Source of the DNA: a virus
Taxonomy: Duplodnaviria; Caudoviricetes
Reading direction: 5' to 3' (one strand)
Length of the DNA: 41,973 bases
Virus record (IMG/VR): IMGVR_UViG_3300012890_000088
Coordinates: 1 to 41,973 of that record
Below, one piece after another: positions 34,885 to 41,973 of the stretch (its first letter is position 1; each line of letters opens with the position of its first letter). The notes under the pieces were generated by a model. It ran no database searches. It had not been told where the DNA came from and was given only the letters and a program-made list of their open reading frames with translations. The position numbers and the translations under genes are program-made.

Positions 34885-35387
34885 GGCCGCTCGAAAGCTG
34901 GCTCGTCCGCAATGGCGCCATCATCGTCGGCCTCGGGATCGGCACTGCGGCCAAATACGGCCTGACCCTCACCGAAGGCCGCAAGCTGACGTGGAAGGGG
35001 CTGCTGATCGACCTGCTGCTGCTCGGCATGCTGGGCGTGATCGCAATTACGATCGCTGACTGGTGCAGCCTGACCGGCAATCCTCGCGTGCTGGTTGGTG
35101 CCCTCTCCGCAGTTTCATCTGACCGGCTGGTGCGGCTGGCGCGGGATCGCTTCATGAAGAAGGCCGAAACCGACCTTGGCATGACGGCGCGGGCAACGCC
35201 TGCAAGCGCCATGCGGGTGCCGTCCGGCATCGGCGAGCCAAACGAGGTGCAGGTGCAACCCAGCGTGGCCGATAGCGACCATGCCCGCGCCGGCAGCACG
35301 CTGCGGACCGCCTTCCGCGAGACGACGCGCCGCCAGCTGCCGCGCGACCAAGTCGAGATCATCAAGCGCCTCGGCGACGAGATTTAG
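34869..35387 (+). CDS. Putative holin
   Basis: 2-3 TM segments plus a charged C-terminal tail; upstream of the endolysin. Confidence 0.6.
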   Translation: MADPVGPLESWLVRNGAIIVGLGIGTAAKYGLTLTEGRKLTWKGLLIDLLLLGMLGVIAITIADWCSLTGNPRVLVGALSAVSSDRLVRLARDRFMKKAETDLGMTARATPASAMRVPSGIGEPNEVQVQPSVADSDHARAGSTLRTAFRETTRRQLPRDQVEIIKRLGDEI

Positions 35388-35391
35388 CGCG

Positions 35392-35508
35392 GCCGAGAGG
35401 GTGGGGAGAGTAGCGCCTTGCTCGCTGGGGTTTAGGCACCCGCGAACAAGGCGCCGGCACTCTCCCCGGACGCATAATCGGAGTCTCTGCTCCTGCCCGC
35501 CTCTTGGC
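35392..35508 (+). ncRNA. Intergenic structured RNA element
   Basis: GGGGAGAGT/ACTCTCCCC, GCGCCTTG/CAAGGCGC and outer GCCGAGAGG/CCTCTTGGC helices. Confidence 0.45.
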
Positions 35509-35535
35509 AGCGAGCCATTAACATCGGGAAACCGC

Positions 35536-35835
35536 ATGACGGACGTCGATCGCCACTGGCGCTACATCATCGCGGTGATCCTGATCACCGGCTACATCGG
35601 CCTCGCCGCGATATCCTTCTTCCATCAGGTGCCGAGCAACAACACGCGCTTCGTCGACGGCTTCTTCACTGGTCTCGGCCCGATCGTCGGCGCTGCCGTT
35701 GCGGCCGTACTCAACGTCGGCAAAGGAAATACCACCCAGCAGGATGCGACGATCGGGACGCTTGTAGACAAGCTGCCACCCGCGACAATCGGCACCGGGC
35801 CCGCACAACCACTCGCGGATCAGCCGCCAGCCTGA
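35536..35835 (+). CDS. Two-TM holin-like / antiholin-like protein
   Basis: Two TM helices and a Pro-rich tail; in the lysis cassette. Confidence 0.65.
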   Translation: MTDVDRHWRYIIAVILITGYIGLAAISFFHQVPSNNTRFVDGFFTGLGPIVGAAVAAVLNVGKGNTTQQDATIGTLVDKLPPATIGTGPAQPLADQPPA

Positions 35836-35837
35836 AC

Positions 35838-35876
35838 GCAAAACACCCCGCCGAGGTTGGAGCCATGGCGGGGTGT
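35838..35876 (-). terminator. Minus-strand intrinsic terminator
   Basis: ACACCCCGCC/GGCGGGGTGT 10-bp stem; the T-tract is on the minus strand only. Confidence 0.6.
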
Positions 35877-36068
35877 CAGGCAACCACGGATGAGCGCGTC
35901 GCCCAAGCATAAGCTGCCAACATTTCAGAGCCGCCGCAAGGGGCGGTGACGCGCCCCGCCGCCTCTCAGTTGGGGTGGGCGACAGCGGGACGCGGGCCGA
36001 GCTTACTTAGGGGACGACCGCAGCCCTGATGCCCCGGCGCGCCGCTACTTTCAATCGGAAGGATTATC

Positions 36069-36578
36069 ATGACCAAAGAACCAGCGTGGCTGCTCGCCGC
36101 GCGGGCGAAGCTCGGCACGCGTGAAGCACCGGGTATCGCCAACAATCCCGCGATCATGGGCTGGGCGGCGCGTCTCGGCGCCAAGGTGCTGGGCATGATT
36201 TACAACGCCGACAGCGTTCCGTGGTGCGGGCTGTTCGTCGCCACCTGCGTCGCCGAGGACGGGCTGGTGCCCGCTACCATCGCGGCCCGCGCGAGCAGCT
36301 GGGCAACTTGGGGCCAGAACCTGCGCGAGGATCGCCTGTCACCCGGCGCCGTCCTCGTCTTTCAACGGCCGGGCGGCGGCCATGTCGGCTTCTACGTCGG
36401 CGAGGACCAGGCCGCCTACCACGTCCTCGGCGGCAATCAGGGCGACCGCGTCAGCATCACGCGCATCGAAAAGCCGCGCTGCGTCGCTCGGCGCTGGCCC
36501 GCCGGCCGCCCAGTCGTGCTTGGCCCGGTCATGATGACTGCCACCGCCGGCATTCCACTGTCCCGCAACGAAGCCTGA
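36069..36578 (+). CDS. Endolysin, TIGR02594 / NlpC-P60-CHAP-like
   Basis: G.RE.PG..NNP.I, PWCGLFV, GGGHVGF and LGGNQ motifs. Confidence 0.9.
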   Translation: MTKEPAWLLAARAKLGTREAPGIANNPAIMGWAARLGAKVLGMIYNADSVPWCGLFVATCVAEDGLVPATIAARASSWATWGQNLREDRLSPGAVLVFQRPGGGHVGFYVGEDQAAYHVLGGNQGDRVSITRIEKPRCVARRWPAGRPVVLGPVMMTATAGIPLSRNEA

Positions 36579-36607
36579 CCATCCGGTCGGTTTGAAGGAG
36601 AACACCC

Positions 36608-36754
36608 ATGAACATCGTGAAGCTGATCGGCCGCGTTACCGGCGCAGCGATCAAGGTCGCCAAGGCCAACCCCACCCTCGTCATCAGCGCCGTCTCGGCG
36701 AACGGCCCGGTCGTGAAGGCGATCAAGGCCGAGGCGAAGAAGCCGCAGGCCTGA
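36608..36754 (+). CDS. 48-aa cationic amphipathic peptide (not in ORF track)
   Basis: GAAGGAG RBS 7 nt before ATG; MNIVKLIGRVTGAAIKVAKANPTLVISAVSANGPVVKAIKAEAKKPQA; strongly GC3-biased codons. Confidence 0.8.
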   Translation: MNIVKLIGRVTGAAIKVAKANPTLVISAVSANGPVVKAIKAEAKKPQA

Positions 36755-36757
36755 CGC

Positions 36758-37018
36758 TCACGCCGTCGGCAATTTGCGGGACCAGGGGCGCCACCACTTG
36801 CGCGGAGCAAATAGCGCAATGCCCTTCTCGTCTGTCGCTCGGTACAACTCCCTGGCCAGAGACCGCAGCTGGCGATCGTTCAGCGCCAAGTGCACCTGCG
36901 TGTAATTGCCACTGCGGAAGCTTTCCGCGGAGTTGGCGATCTGCAGCGTCAGAACCGTACCGCCTGACGTACGATCGCGCCGCCAGCCGGCCAACGCGCC
37001 AGCCATCTCCACCAACAT
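36758..37018 (-). CDS. Hypothetical protein (antisense moron)
   Basis: GALAGWRR...LTLQ...LALNDRQLRSLARELYRA; AT-rich upstream region; start ATG 37018 or 37006. Confidence 0.65.
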   Translation of the reverse strand: MLVEMAGALAGWRRDRTSGGTVLTLQIANSAESFRSGNYTQVHLALNDRQLRSLARELYRATDEKGIALFAPRKWWRPWSRKLPTA

Positions 37019-37116
37019 TGGACTTCCTCTCGGATCGCCCAGTCGGGCCGAATCAGTCTTATTAACCACAAATCATTGCCGCTGCTAGCAATCCCCTCAG
37101 CAAAAGGACCCTCCTC

Positions 37117-37533
37117 ATGGCGAACAAGCTCTATTCCAAATATAAGCAGGCCCTGCTCACCGCAGGCGTCAACCTGGTCACCGGCACGGTGAGGGCGCAG
37201 CTGGTCGACACCAGCGCCTACACCTATTCGGACACGCACCAATTCCTGTCGGACGTGCCTGCGGGCGCGCGCTACGGCACCGCGGCTACGCTGGCGAACA
37301 AGACGGTCACCAACGGCGTGTTCGACGCGGACGATGCGCTCTTTACGTCCGTTCCGGCCGGCACCGCCAACACGACTGACAAGGAAGAGGCAATCGTCCT
37401 CTACGTAGACACCGGCACCGCCACGACGTCGCAGCTCATCTATTACATCGACACGGCCACGGGCCTGCCGGTCACGCCGAACGGCGGCAATATCGTGGCC
37501 AGCTGGGATCCGGCTGGGATCTTCTCGCTCTAA
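37117..37533 (+). CDS. Small beta-rich virion structural protein (138 aa)
   Basis: AAAGGA RBS; MAN.LY...H.FLSDVP...GVFDADD...DTG...S.LI.YIDTATGLPVTPNGGNI..W...IF.L, resembling a widespread phage minor-tail / fibre subunit family. Confidence 0.8.
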   Translation: MANKLYSKYKQALLTAGVNLVTGTVRAQLVDTSAYTYSDTHQFLSDVPAGARYGTAATLANKTVTNGVFDADDALFTSVPAGTANTTDKEEAIVLYVDTGTATTSQLIYYIDTATGLPVTPNGGNIVASWDPAGIFSL

Positions 37534-37550
37534 GCTGAAGGGGATAGCCC

Positions 37551-37916
37551 TTGCGCACCATCGTGCAGTCGACCCCGCCGATCGCGCGGGGCTACCCCTT
37601 CTCGTTTCAGTGGAACTGCCCGGCCGACGAGGGAGGCGTAGTGCCCTTCCCTGCGGGGTGCACGCTGCTCGCCGACGTGGCCCTGTACCAAGGTGGCTCG
37701 AAGGTCGCGACGCTCAGCACGGAGACCGGCTCAATCGTGCGTGTCGACGACATCTCTATCGTGTTGCTCCTGTCGGCCAGCGACACGGCAGGCCTGACGA
37801 ACACGACAGCGGTGGTCGACCTGGTCCGGACTGATCCGTCGCCGGACGAATGGCTCGGCCTCCGAGTGAAGTTGCCGGTCGAGCAGCCAATCACGGCACC
37901 GCGGGTGAATTCATGA
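37551..37916 (+). CDS. BppU-N-like adaptor protein (121 aa)
   Basis: I.RG..F.F...VATLS..G.I...I.L.LSA.DT..L...DL...V...IT pattern; GAAGGGG RBS with TTG start. Confidence 0.6.
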   Translation: MRTIVQSTPPIARGYPFSFQWNCPADEGGVVPFPAGCTLLADVALYQGGSKVATLSTETGSIVRVDDISIVLLLSASDTAGLTNTTAVVDLVRTDPSPDEWLGLRVKLPVEQPITAPRVNS

Positions 37917-40720
37917 TCCCCATCGTCACGGTGCCACGGCTGCGGCGCCCCGCGTTCGTCACTTCAGCCCATGGCCTGGCGACGATCACGGCGCGAGCGT
38001 GGCCGGGGTTAGGAGAGGGTGACGGAAGGCTGATCGTCCGCCCGCTGCTGTTGTCGAGCGGTGCCGGCTTCTACACGCCCGCGGTCGCGCCAGGTCTCGT
38101 GTCGGTCGGCCCATTCTTGCAGGCCACCGGCTTCATCGCCTACCCGCCCCCCGTCATCGCGGCCGGGACGGCGATCATCCCGCCAGCGCTCCTGTCTACG
38201 GTGACCGGCTTCACGCCATCTGTTCAGCCGGGTGCGGCCGCAGTGCTGCCCGCGCTGCTCGGCTCTTTGGTGGCCACATTCGTCCCTTCGGTGCAGGCGC
38301 AGTCCGCGGGCACGATCCTGCCCCCGGCGCTCGCCTCGTCTTCGACGACGTTCTTCCCCGTGGTCCAGCCGGGCGCAGCCACTATCGGCCCGGCGCTGCT
38401 CGGCGTGGGAAGCGCAGGATTCGCGCCCTTCGTTCAGGCGCCCGCCGCGGGCGCGATCCTTCCCGCGTTGCTCGCTGCAACCTCGATCACGTTCCCGCCG
38501 GCCATCCAGCCGGACGGCGTCGCCATCCAGCCGCTGCTGCTCGCCTCTGCCGCCGCCTTCTACGCGCCCGTCGTGCAGATGGTGACCGCAGGCACGGTTC
38601 AGCCGATCATTCGCCCCTCGTCCGTCGTGGTGTTCCCGCTGTCGCTGGCGGCGGGCACCGTCACCGTCGCGGCACCGGTGCTCGCATCCGGCGCGCAGCA
38701 GTTCGTTCCAGTCATCCAGCCGGGCGTCGCGACCGCTGCACCCGCGGCGCTGGCGTCGACGGCCGGCCTCTACGCTCCGTCCGTGCTGCCTGGATCGGCC
38801 ACCGTCACCGCGCCGGCGCGGGCGTCGGCCGCGGCTGCCTACGCGCCCGTCGTCCAGCCCGGCTCCGCGCAGATCGCGCCGGCGCTACTCGCGTCCACCG
38901 CCGCGTCGTACCCGCTGGCGATACAGGCCGGCTCGGCCTCGATCCTGCCGGCGCTGCTCGGCTCGACAGCATTGACCCGAGCGCCGGCAGTCTCGGTGGC
39001 GGGCGGAAACGGCACGCTGAACGCCGTCACTGTGACCGATGGCGACAGCTGGTTCGGGACGGCAACCGCTCAGTACCCGGCCAATGCTCCTTATGCCGGG
39101 AAGCACATGGGCGCATATTTCGCGGCGAACCCGACGCACATCGTCAACAACATGGCGCTGAGCGGGTCAGGGCTTCAGCATCTACGCGACGACGTTGCCG
39201 GCATCATCGCAGCCAAGCCATACGTGGTAGTACTGTCGTGCGGACGTAACGACTTCATGAACGACACGTCGGGCCAGGGCTATACCGACGCCCAGCTGCT
39301 GACGGCCTACTCCGCCACCTATCGCGGCATCATCGACGACATCAGGGCTGGGCTGCCCGGGGTGGCGATCGCGGTCGAGACGATCACCGAGAACCACGAT
39401 CCCCAAGGGGACATCAACGGCGTCACCGTCCGATACAACAACAATCGCAAGGCGCTGAACAGCATCATTCGCCAGTGGAAGACGGACGGCGTGATTGCTC
39501 AAGTCATTGATATCGGCGCTGACGCGGTCATCGGCCGCGACGGCGGTATGTTGAAGGGCTCGCCGGAGTCGTCGGACGGCTTGCATCTTTCCGAGGGATC
39601 TCAGCCAGCAGGCGAAGGCTACGCCATCCCGGTTTTCGCAGCCGCCATGAACGCGCTCTACGCCGCAACGCCGCTGCCGAGCTCATCTTCAGGAGATACC
39701 TACGTGTCCGACTATGCACTGACCGGCTCGCCGAGCGTGACGGAGGGCAACAGCGGCACCGTCAATGCCGTCTTCACCGTCACCCGCACCGGCGCACTGA
39801 CCCGCACCGGGTCGGTCGACTGGGCGGTCACTGGCAGCGGCGCCAATCCGGCGAATGCCAGCGACTTCGCAGGCGGCGTACTGCCTTCCGGAACCCTCAA
39901 CTTCGCCGCCAACGAGAGCAGCAAGACGATCAGTGTGCCCATCCAAGGCGATGCCGGCGTCGAAGCCGACGAGACGTTCACCGTCACGCTGAGCAATGCC
40001 AAGACGACGGGCAACATCACTTCGGCAACGGCCATCGGCACGATCGTCAACGACGACGTCGGCGGGGGCGGCTCGGTCACTTATGCTGCGGGCACGCCGG
40101 GCACGTTCACCAACACGGGCGGCTCAACGCAGACGGTCGCAGCCCAATCGCTGCAAGCTGGTCGCCTCGCGCTGTTCGTAAAGTCGGACTATGACCGCGC
40201 GCCCAACACGATCGTTGTGAAACGCAGCGGTCAGCCAGACATCATGCTGACCAAGCAGGGGGCCGGCACTGCCTCCAGCGTCTGGCTCGGCGATATCCCG
40301 GCCGACACGTCCGATTACAGCATCGTCTTCACGCGGACGACCGCGCCGACGCCGCTGATCATCCAGGGCTTCATTCCAATCCTCGTGAAGGGCGCGAACG
40401 GCACCCCGACGCAGTATTACGAGCAGACGTTCGGCCCGGGCAACGACACCAACGTCACGATGACGACGACCCTGAACCTGCCGACCAACGGCTTGGCCCT
40501 GCGCTTCGCAATCAACGACATCGGCAACGCGAGCGGAGGCCCGGCGACGCTGACCAACAACGATGGCGGAACGACGATAGCGTCCGGCAACTTCACCAAC
40601 TTCGACGGCGGGGCGACGCTGTTCACGGTCGCCACGTTGCCCGCTAGCGCCAAGCCCTCCGTCGGTTTTGCCGGCAGCTCCTCCTATATCCGCCTGACCG
40701 CGATCGCGTTCGGGGCATGA
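37913..40720 (+). CDS. Large repeat protein with SGNH hydrolase, Calx-beta and C-terminal beta-rich domains (935 aa)
   Basis: ATGA-coupled; about 14 repeats; GDSW / SGSG / GRND / DGLH blocks; SVTEGNSG...SGTLNFAANESSKTI...VEADETFTVTL...GTIVNDD. Confidence 0.85.
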   Translation: MIPIVTVPRLRRPAFVTSAHGLATITARAWPGLGEGDGRLIVRPLLLSSGAGFYTPAVAPGLVSVGPFLQATGFIAYPPPVIAAGTAIIPPALLSTVTGFTPSVQPGAAAVLPALLGSLVATFVPSVQAQSAGTILPPALASSSTTFFPVVQPGAATIGPALLGVGSAGFAPFVQAPAAGAILPALLAATSITFPPAIQPDGVAIQPLLLASAAAFYAPVVQMVTAGTVQPIIRPSSVVVFPLSLAAGTVTVAAPVLASGAQQFVPVIQPGVATAAPAALASTAGLYAPSVLPGSATVTAPARASAAAAYAPVVQPGSAQIAPALLASTAASYPLAIQAGSASILPALLGSTALTRAPAVSVAGGNGTLNAVTVTDGDSWFGTATAQYPANAPYAGKHMGAYFAANPTHIVNNMALSGSGLQHLRDDVAGIIAAKPYVVVLSCGRNDFMNDTSGQGYTDAQLLTAYSATYRGIIDDIRAGLPGVAIAVETITENHDPQGDINGVTVRYNNNRKALNSIIRQWKTDGVIAQVIDIGADAVIGRDGGMLKGSPESSDGLHLSEGSQPAGEGYAIPVFAAAMNALYAATPLPSSSSGDTYVSDYALTGSPSVTEGNSGTVNAVFTVTRTGALTRTGSVDWAVTGSGANPANASDFAGGVLPSGTLNFAANESSKTISVPIQGDAGVEADETFTVTLSNAKTTGNITSATAIGTIVNDDVGGGGSVTYAAGTPGTFTNTGGSTQTVAAQSLQAGRLALFVKSDYDRAPNTIVVKRSGQPDIMLTKQGAGTASSVWLGDIPADTSDYSIVFTRTTAPTPLIIQGFIPILVKGANGTPTQYYEQTFGPGNDTNVTMTTTLNLPTNGLALRFAINDIGNASGGPATLTNNDGGTTIASGNFTNFDGGATLFTVATLPASAKPSVGFAGSSSYIRLTAIAFGA
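38042..39006 (+). repeat. About 14 tandem ~23-aa repeats (P-A-L-L-x-S-x4-F/Y-x-P-x-V-Q-P-G-x3-I)
   Basis: Visible in the translation; nearly uncharged. Confidence 0.85.
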
Positions 40721-40731
40721 CAAGGGAATTG

Positions 40732-41973
40732 ATGATGAAGCAGATTCTCGCCCTCGCCTTGTGCCTGCTGGCGGCGCCTGCCGCTTCGCAGTCGGTGTCG
40801 GGCTGCGGCACCACGGCCATCAGCAAGGCTGACGCGTCCAATGAGGCTAGGCTGACCACCTCGGCCGATTGCTTCGGCAAGGCGAAGATGATCGCAGCCG
40901 CAGCTGAGCAGACGCGTCGCGACCGGATTGTGGCGATCACGCCTGCGCCCGTGCCAGCGCCGACCGCGCAGCCCTCTGCGGTGACGCCGATCGCGAGCAA
41001 CTTCGACGTCGCGGCGCTGATCGGTCCCGGCGCCCACAACCCGGTGCCATCGGGGAAGCCCGACAACGTCGGCGCGTTCCGCTTCATCTGCACAGCAGGG
41101 CAGCTGAACTATGACGACCCGATCCTCTATCCGGGCGTGGCAGGCGGGTCGCCGCACCTCCACCAGTGGTACGGCAACACGGGCGGGGACTATGCCTCGA
41201 CCTACGCGAGCCTGCGCACGGGTGGGGAGAGCACCTGTTCGAACAAGCTGAACCGGTCCGCCTATTGGGTGCCGGCGCTGATGACCGCAGCCGGCAAGGT
41301 GATCGTGCCCGATTACATGTCGATCTACTACAAGCGGCTGCCCGATGGTGATCCGGAGTGCCTGTTGGAGTCGGCCAAGGGCTGCGTTGGCCTACCTACC
41401 GGCCTCCGCATCGTGTCGGGCTATGACATGAAGCGGATGGGCCAGCCGCAGCCTGAGAACGCCACCTTCACGCATCGCTGCATCACAGATGGCAAGCCGC
41501 AGATCGAACGCAAGACGCTTGCAGAGGCGATCGCCGACTGCGGCGGTGCAGGTCAGATCATGTCGGCGATCAACTTCGGCGCGTGCTGGAACGGCGACCT
41601 CGACAGTGCTGATCACCGCTCGCACGTGACCCAGGCGAAGTACATCGGGCAGCCCTATCCGCAGTGCCCGGCCACGCACCCCTACCTTATTCCCCAGCTG
41701 CGCCAGCAACTCGCCTATACGATCGAGCGCGGCGACGGGGAGGTATGGTTCTCGTCGGATCGCATGAACGGCATGACCATGCCGGGCGGATCGACCTTCC
41801 ACGCCGACTATATGGAAGGCTGGGATCCCGCAACGCGTGCGATCTGGGAGCATCGCTGCATTGGTCAGCTTCTCAACTGCTCGGATGGCGAGCTTGGTGA
41901 CGGCACGATGCTGAAGCGGGGCGGGCTGACGTATGTCGCGTCGCCGCGAACAGTGGACGCCGCTCTAAGGTAG
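40732..41973 (+). CDS. Secreted DUF1996-domain protein
   Basis: Signal peptide; DDPI.YPG...HLH..GN, NRSAYWVP, CWNG.LDS.DH.SHV, CP.THP and HADY..GW motifs. Confidence 0.88.
   Translation: MMKQILALALCLLAAPAASQSVSGCGTTAISKADASNEARLTTSADCFGKAKMIAAAAEQTRRDRIVAITPAPVPAPTAQPSAVTPIASNFDVAALIGPGAHNPVPSGKPDNVGAFRFICTAGQLNYDDPILYPGVAGGSPHLHQWYGNTGGDYASTYASLRTGGESTCSNKLNRSAYWVPALMTAAGKVIVPDYMSIYYKRLPDGDPECLLESAKGCVGLPTGLRIVSGYDMKRMGQPQPENATFTHRCITDGKPQIERKTLAEAIADCGGAGQIMSAINFGACWNGDLDSADHRSHVTQAKYIGQPYPQCPATHPYLIPQLRQQLAYTIERGDGEVWFSSDRMNGMTMPGGSTFHADYMEGWDPATRAIWEHRCIGQLLNCSDGELGDGTMLKRGGLTYVASPRTVDAALR

Larger units (their letters stand above)
1..41973. mobile_element. Temperate prophage (HK97-type head, non-contractile tail), near-complete; att sites outside the window
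   Basis: Contiguous integrase, CI/Cro, replication, packaging, head, tail and lysis modules in lambdoid order, with many ATGA/GTGA-coupled genes. Confidence 0.97.

Noticed and set aside
35903-35918. Sigma54 promoter-like TGGCA...TGC on the minus strand
   Set aside because: GG-to-GC spacing is 8 nt instead of the required 10

Overview
The whole window is a GC-rich, apparently near-complete temperate siphovirus-type prophage. The host is most likely an alphaproteobacterium, probably a sphingomonad; this is inferred from the alpha-type LexA box, the GTA-like tail genes and the protein families, not from a database search. Order: tyrosine integrase and Xis-like gene, a short leftward early operon, immunity region (HIRAN protein, secreted protein, S24-type CI, Cro, with four TACG-N5-CGTA operators), rightward early operon (CII-like, adenine MTase, TraR, YfdP/YfdQ-like pair, GIY-YIG, replication initiator with 17-bp iterons), a NusG-paralog antiterminator, a structured RNA and a degenerate tRNA-Thr, a moron, HNH-TerS-TerL, an HK97-type head with protease-capsid-portal order, a non-contractile tail with tailspike, an antisense SAM methyltransferase, the lysis cassette, and a four-gene post-lysis module. 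The att sites are not visible because the window starts and ends on stop codons. Most interesting: (1) the post-lysis module, with a small beta-rich subunit, a BppU-like adaptor, a 935-aa protein carrying about 14 tandem ~23-aa repeats plus SGNH and Calx-beta domains, and a secreted DUF1996 protein, which may be a ruler-templated fibre; (2) a LexA box in the promoter of the NusG paralog, followed by a multi-stem RNA with an alternative fold and by terminators inside the late operon; (3) no recognisable spanins but an unannotated 48-aa cationic amphipathic peptide after the endolysin; (4) a moron resembling a colicin channel domain; (5) a tailspike plus methyltransferase cassette. All family calls come from motif recognition by eye and need profile searches to confirm.
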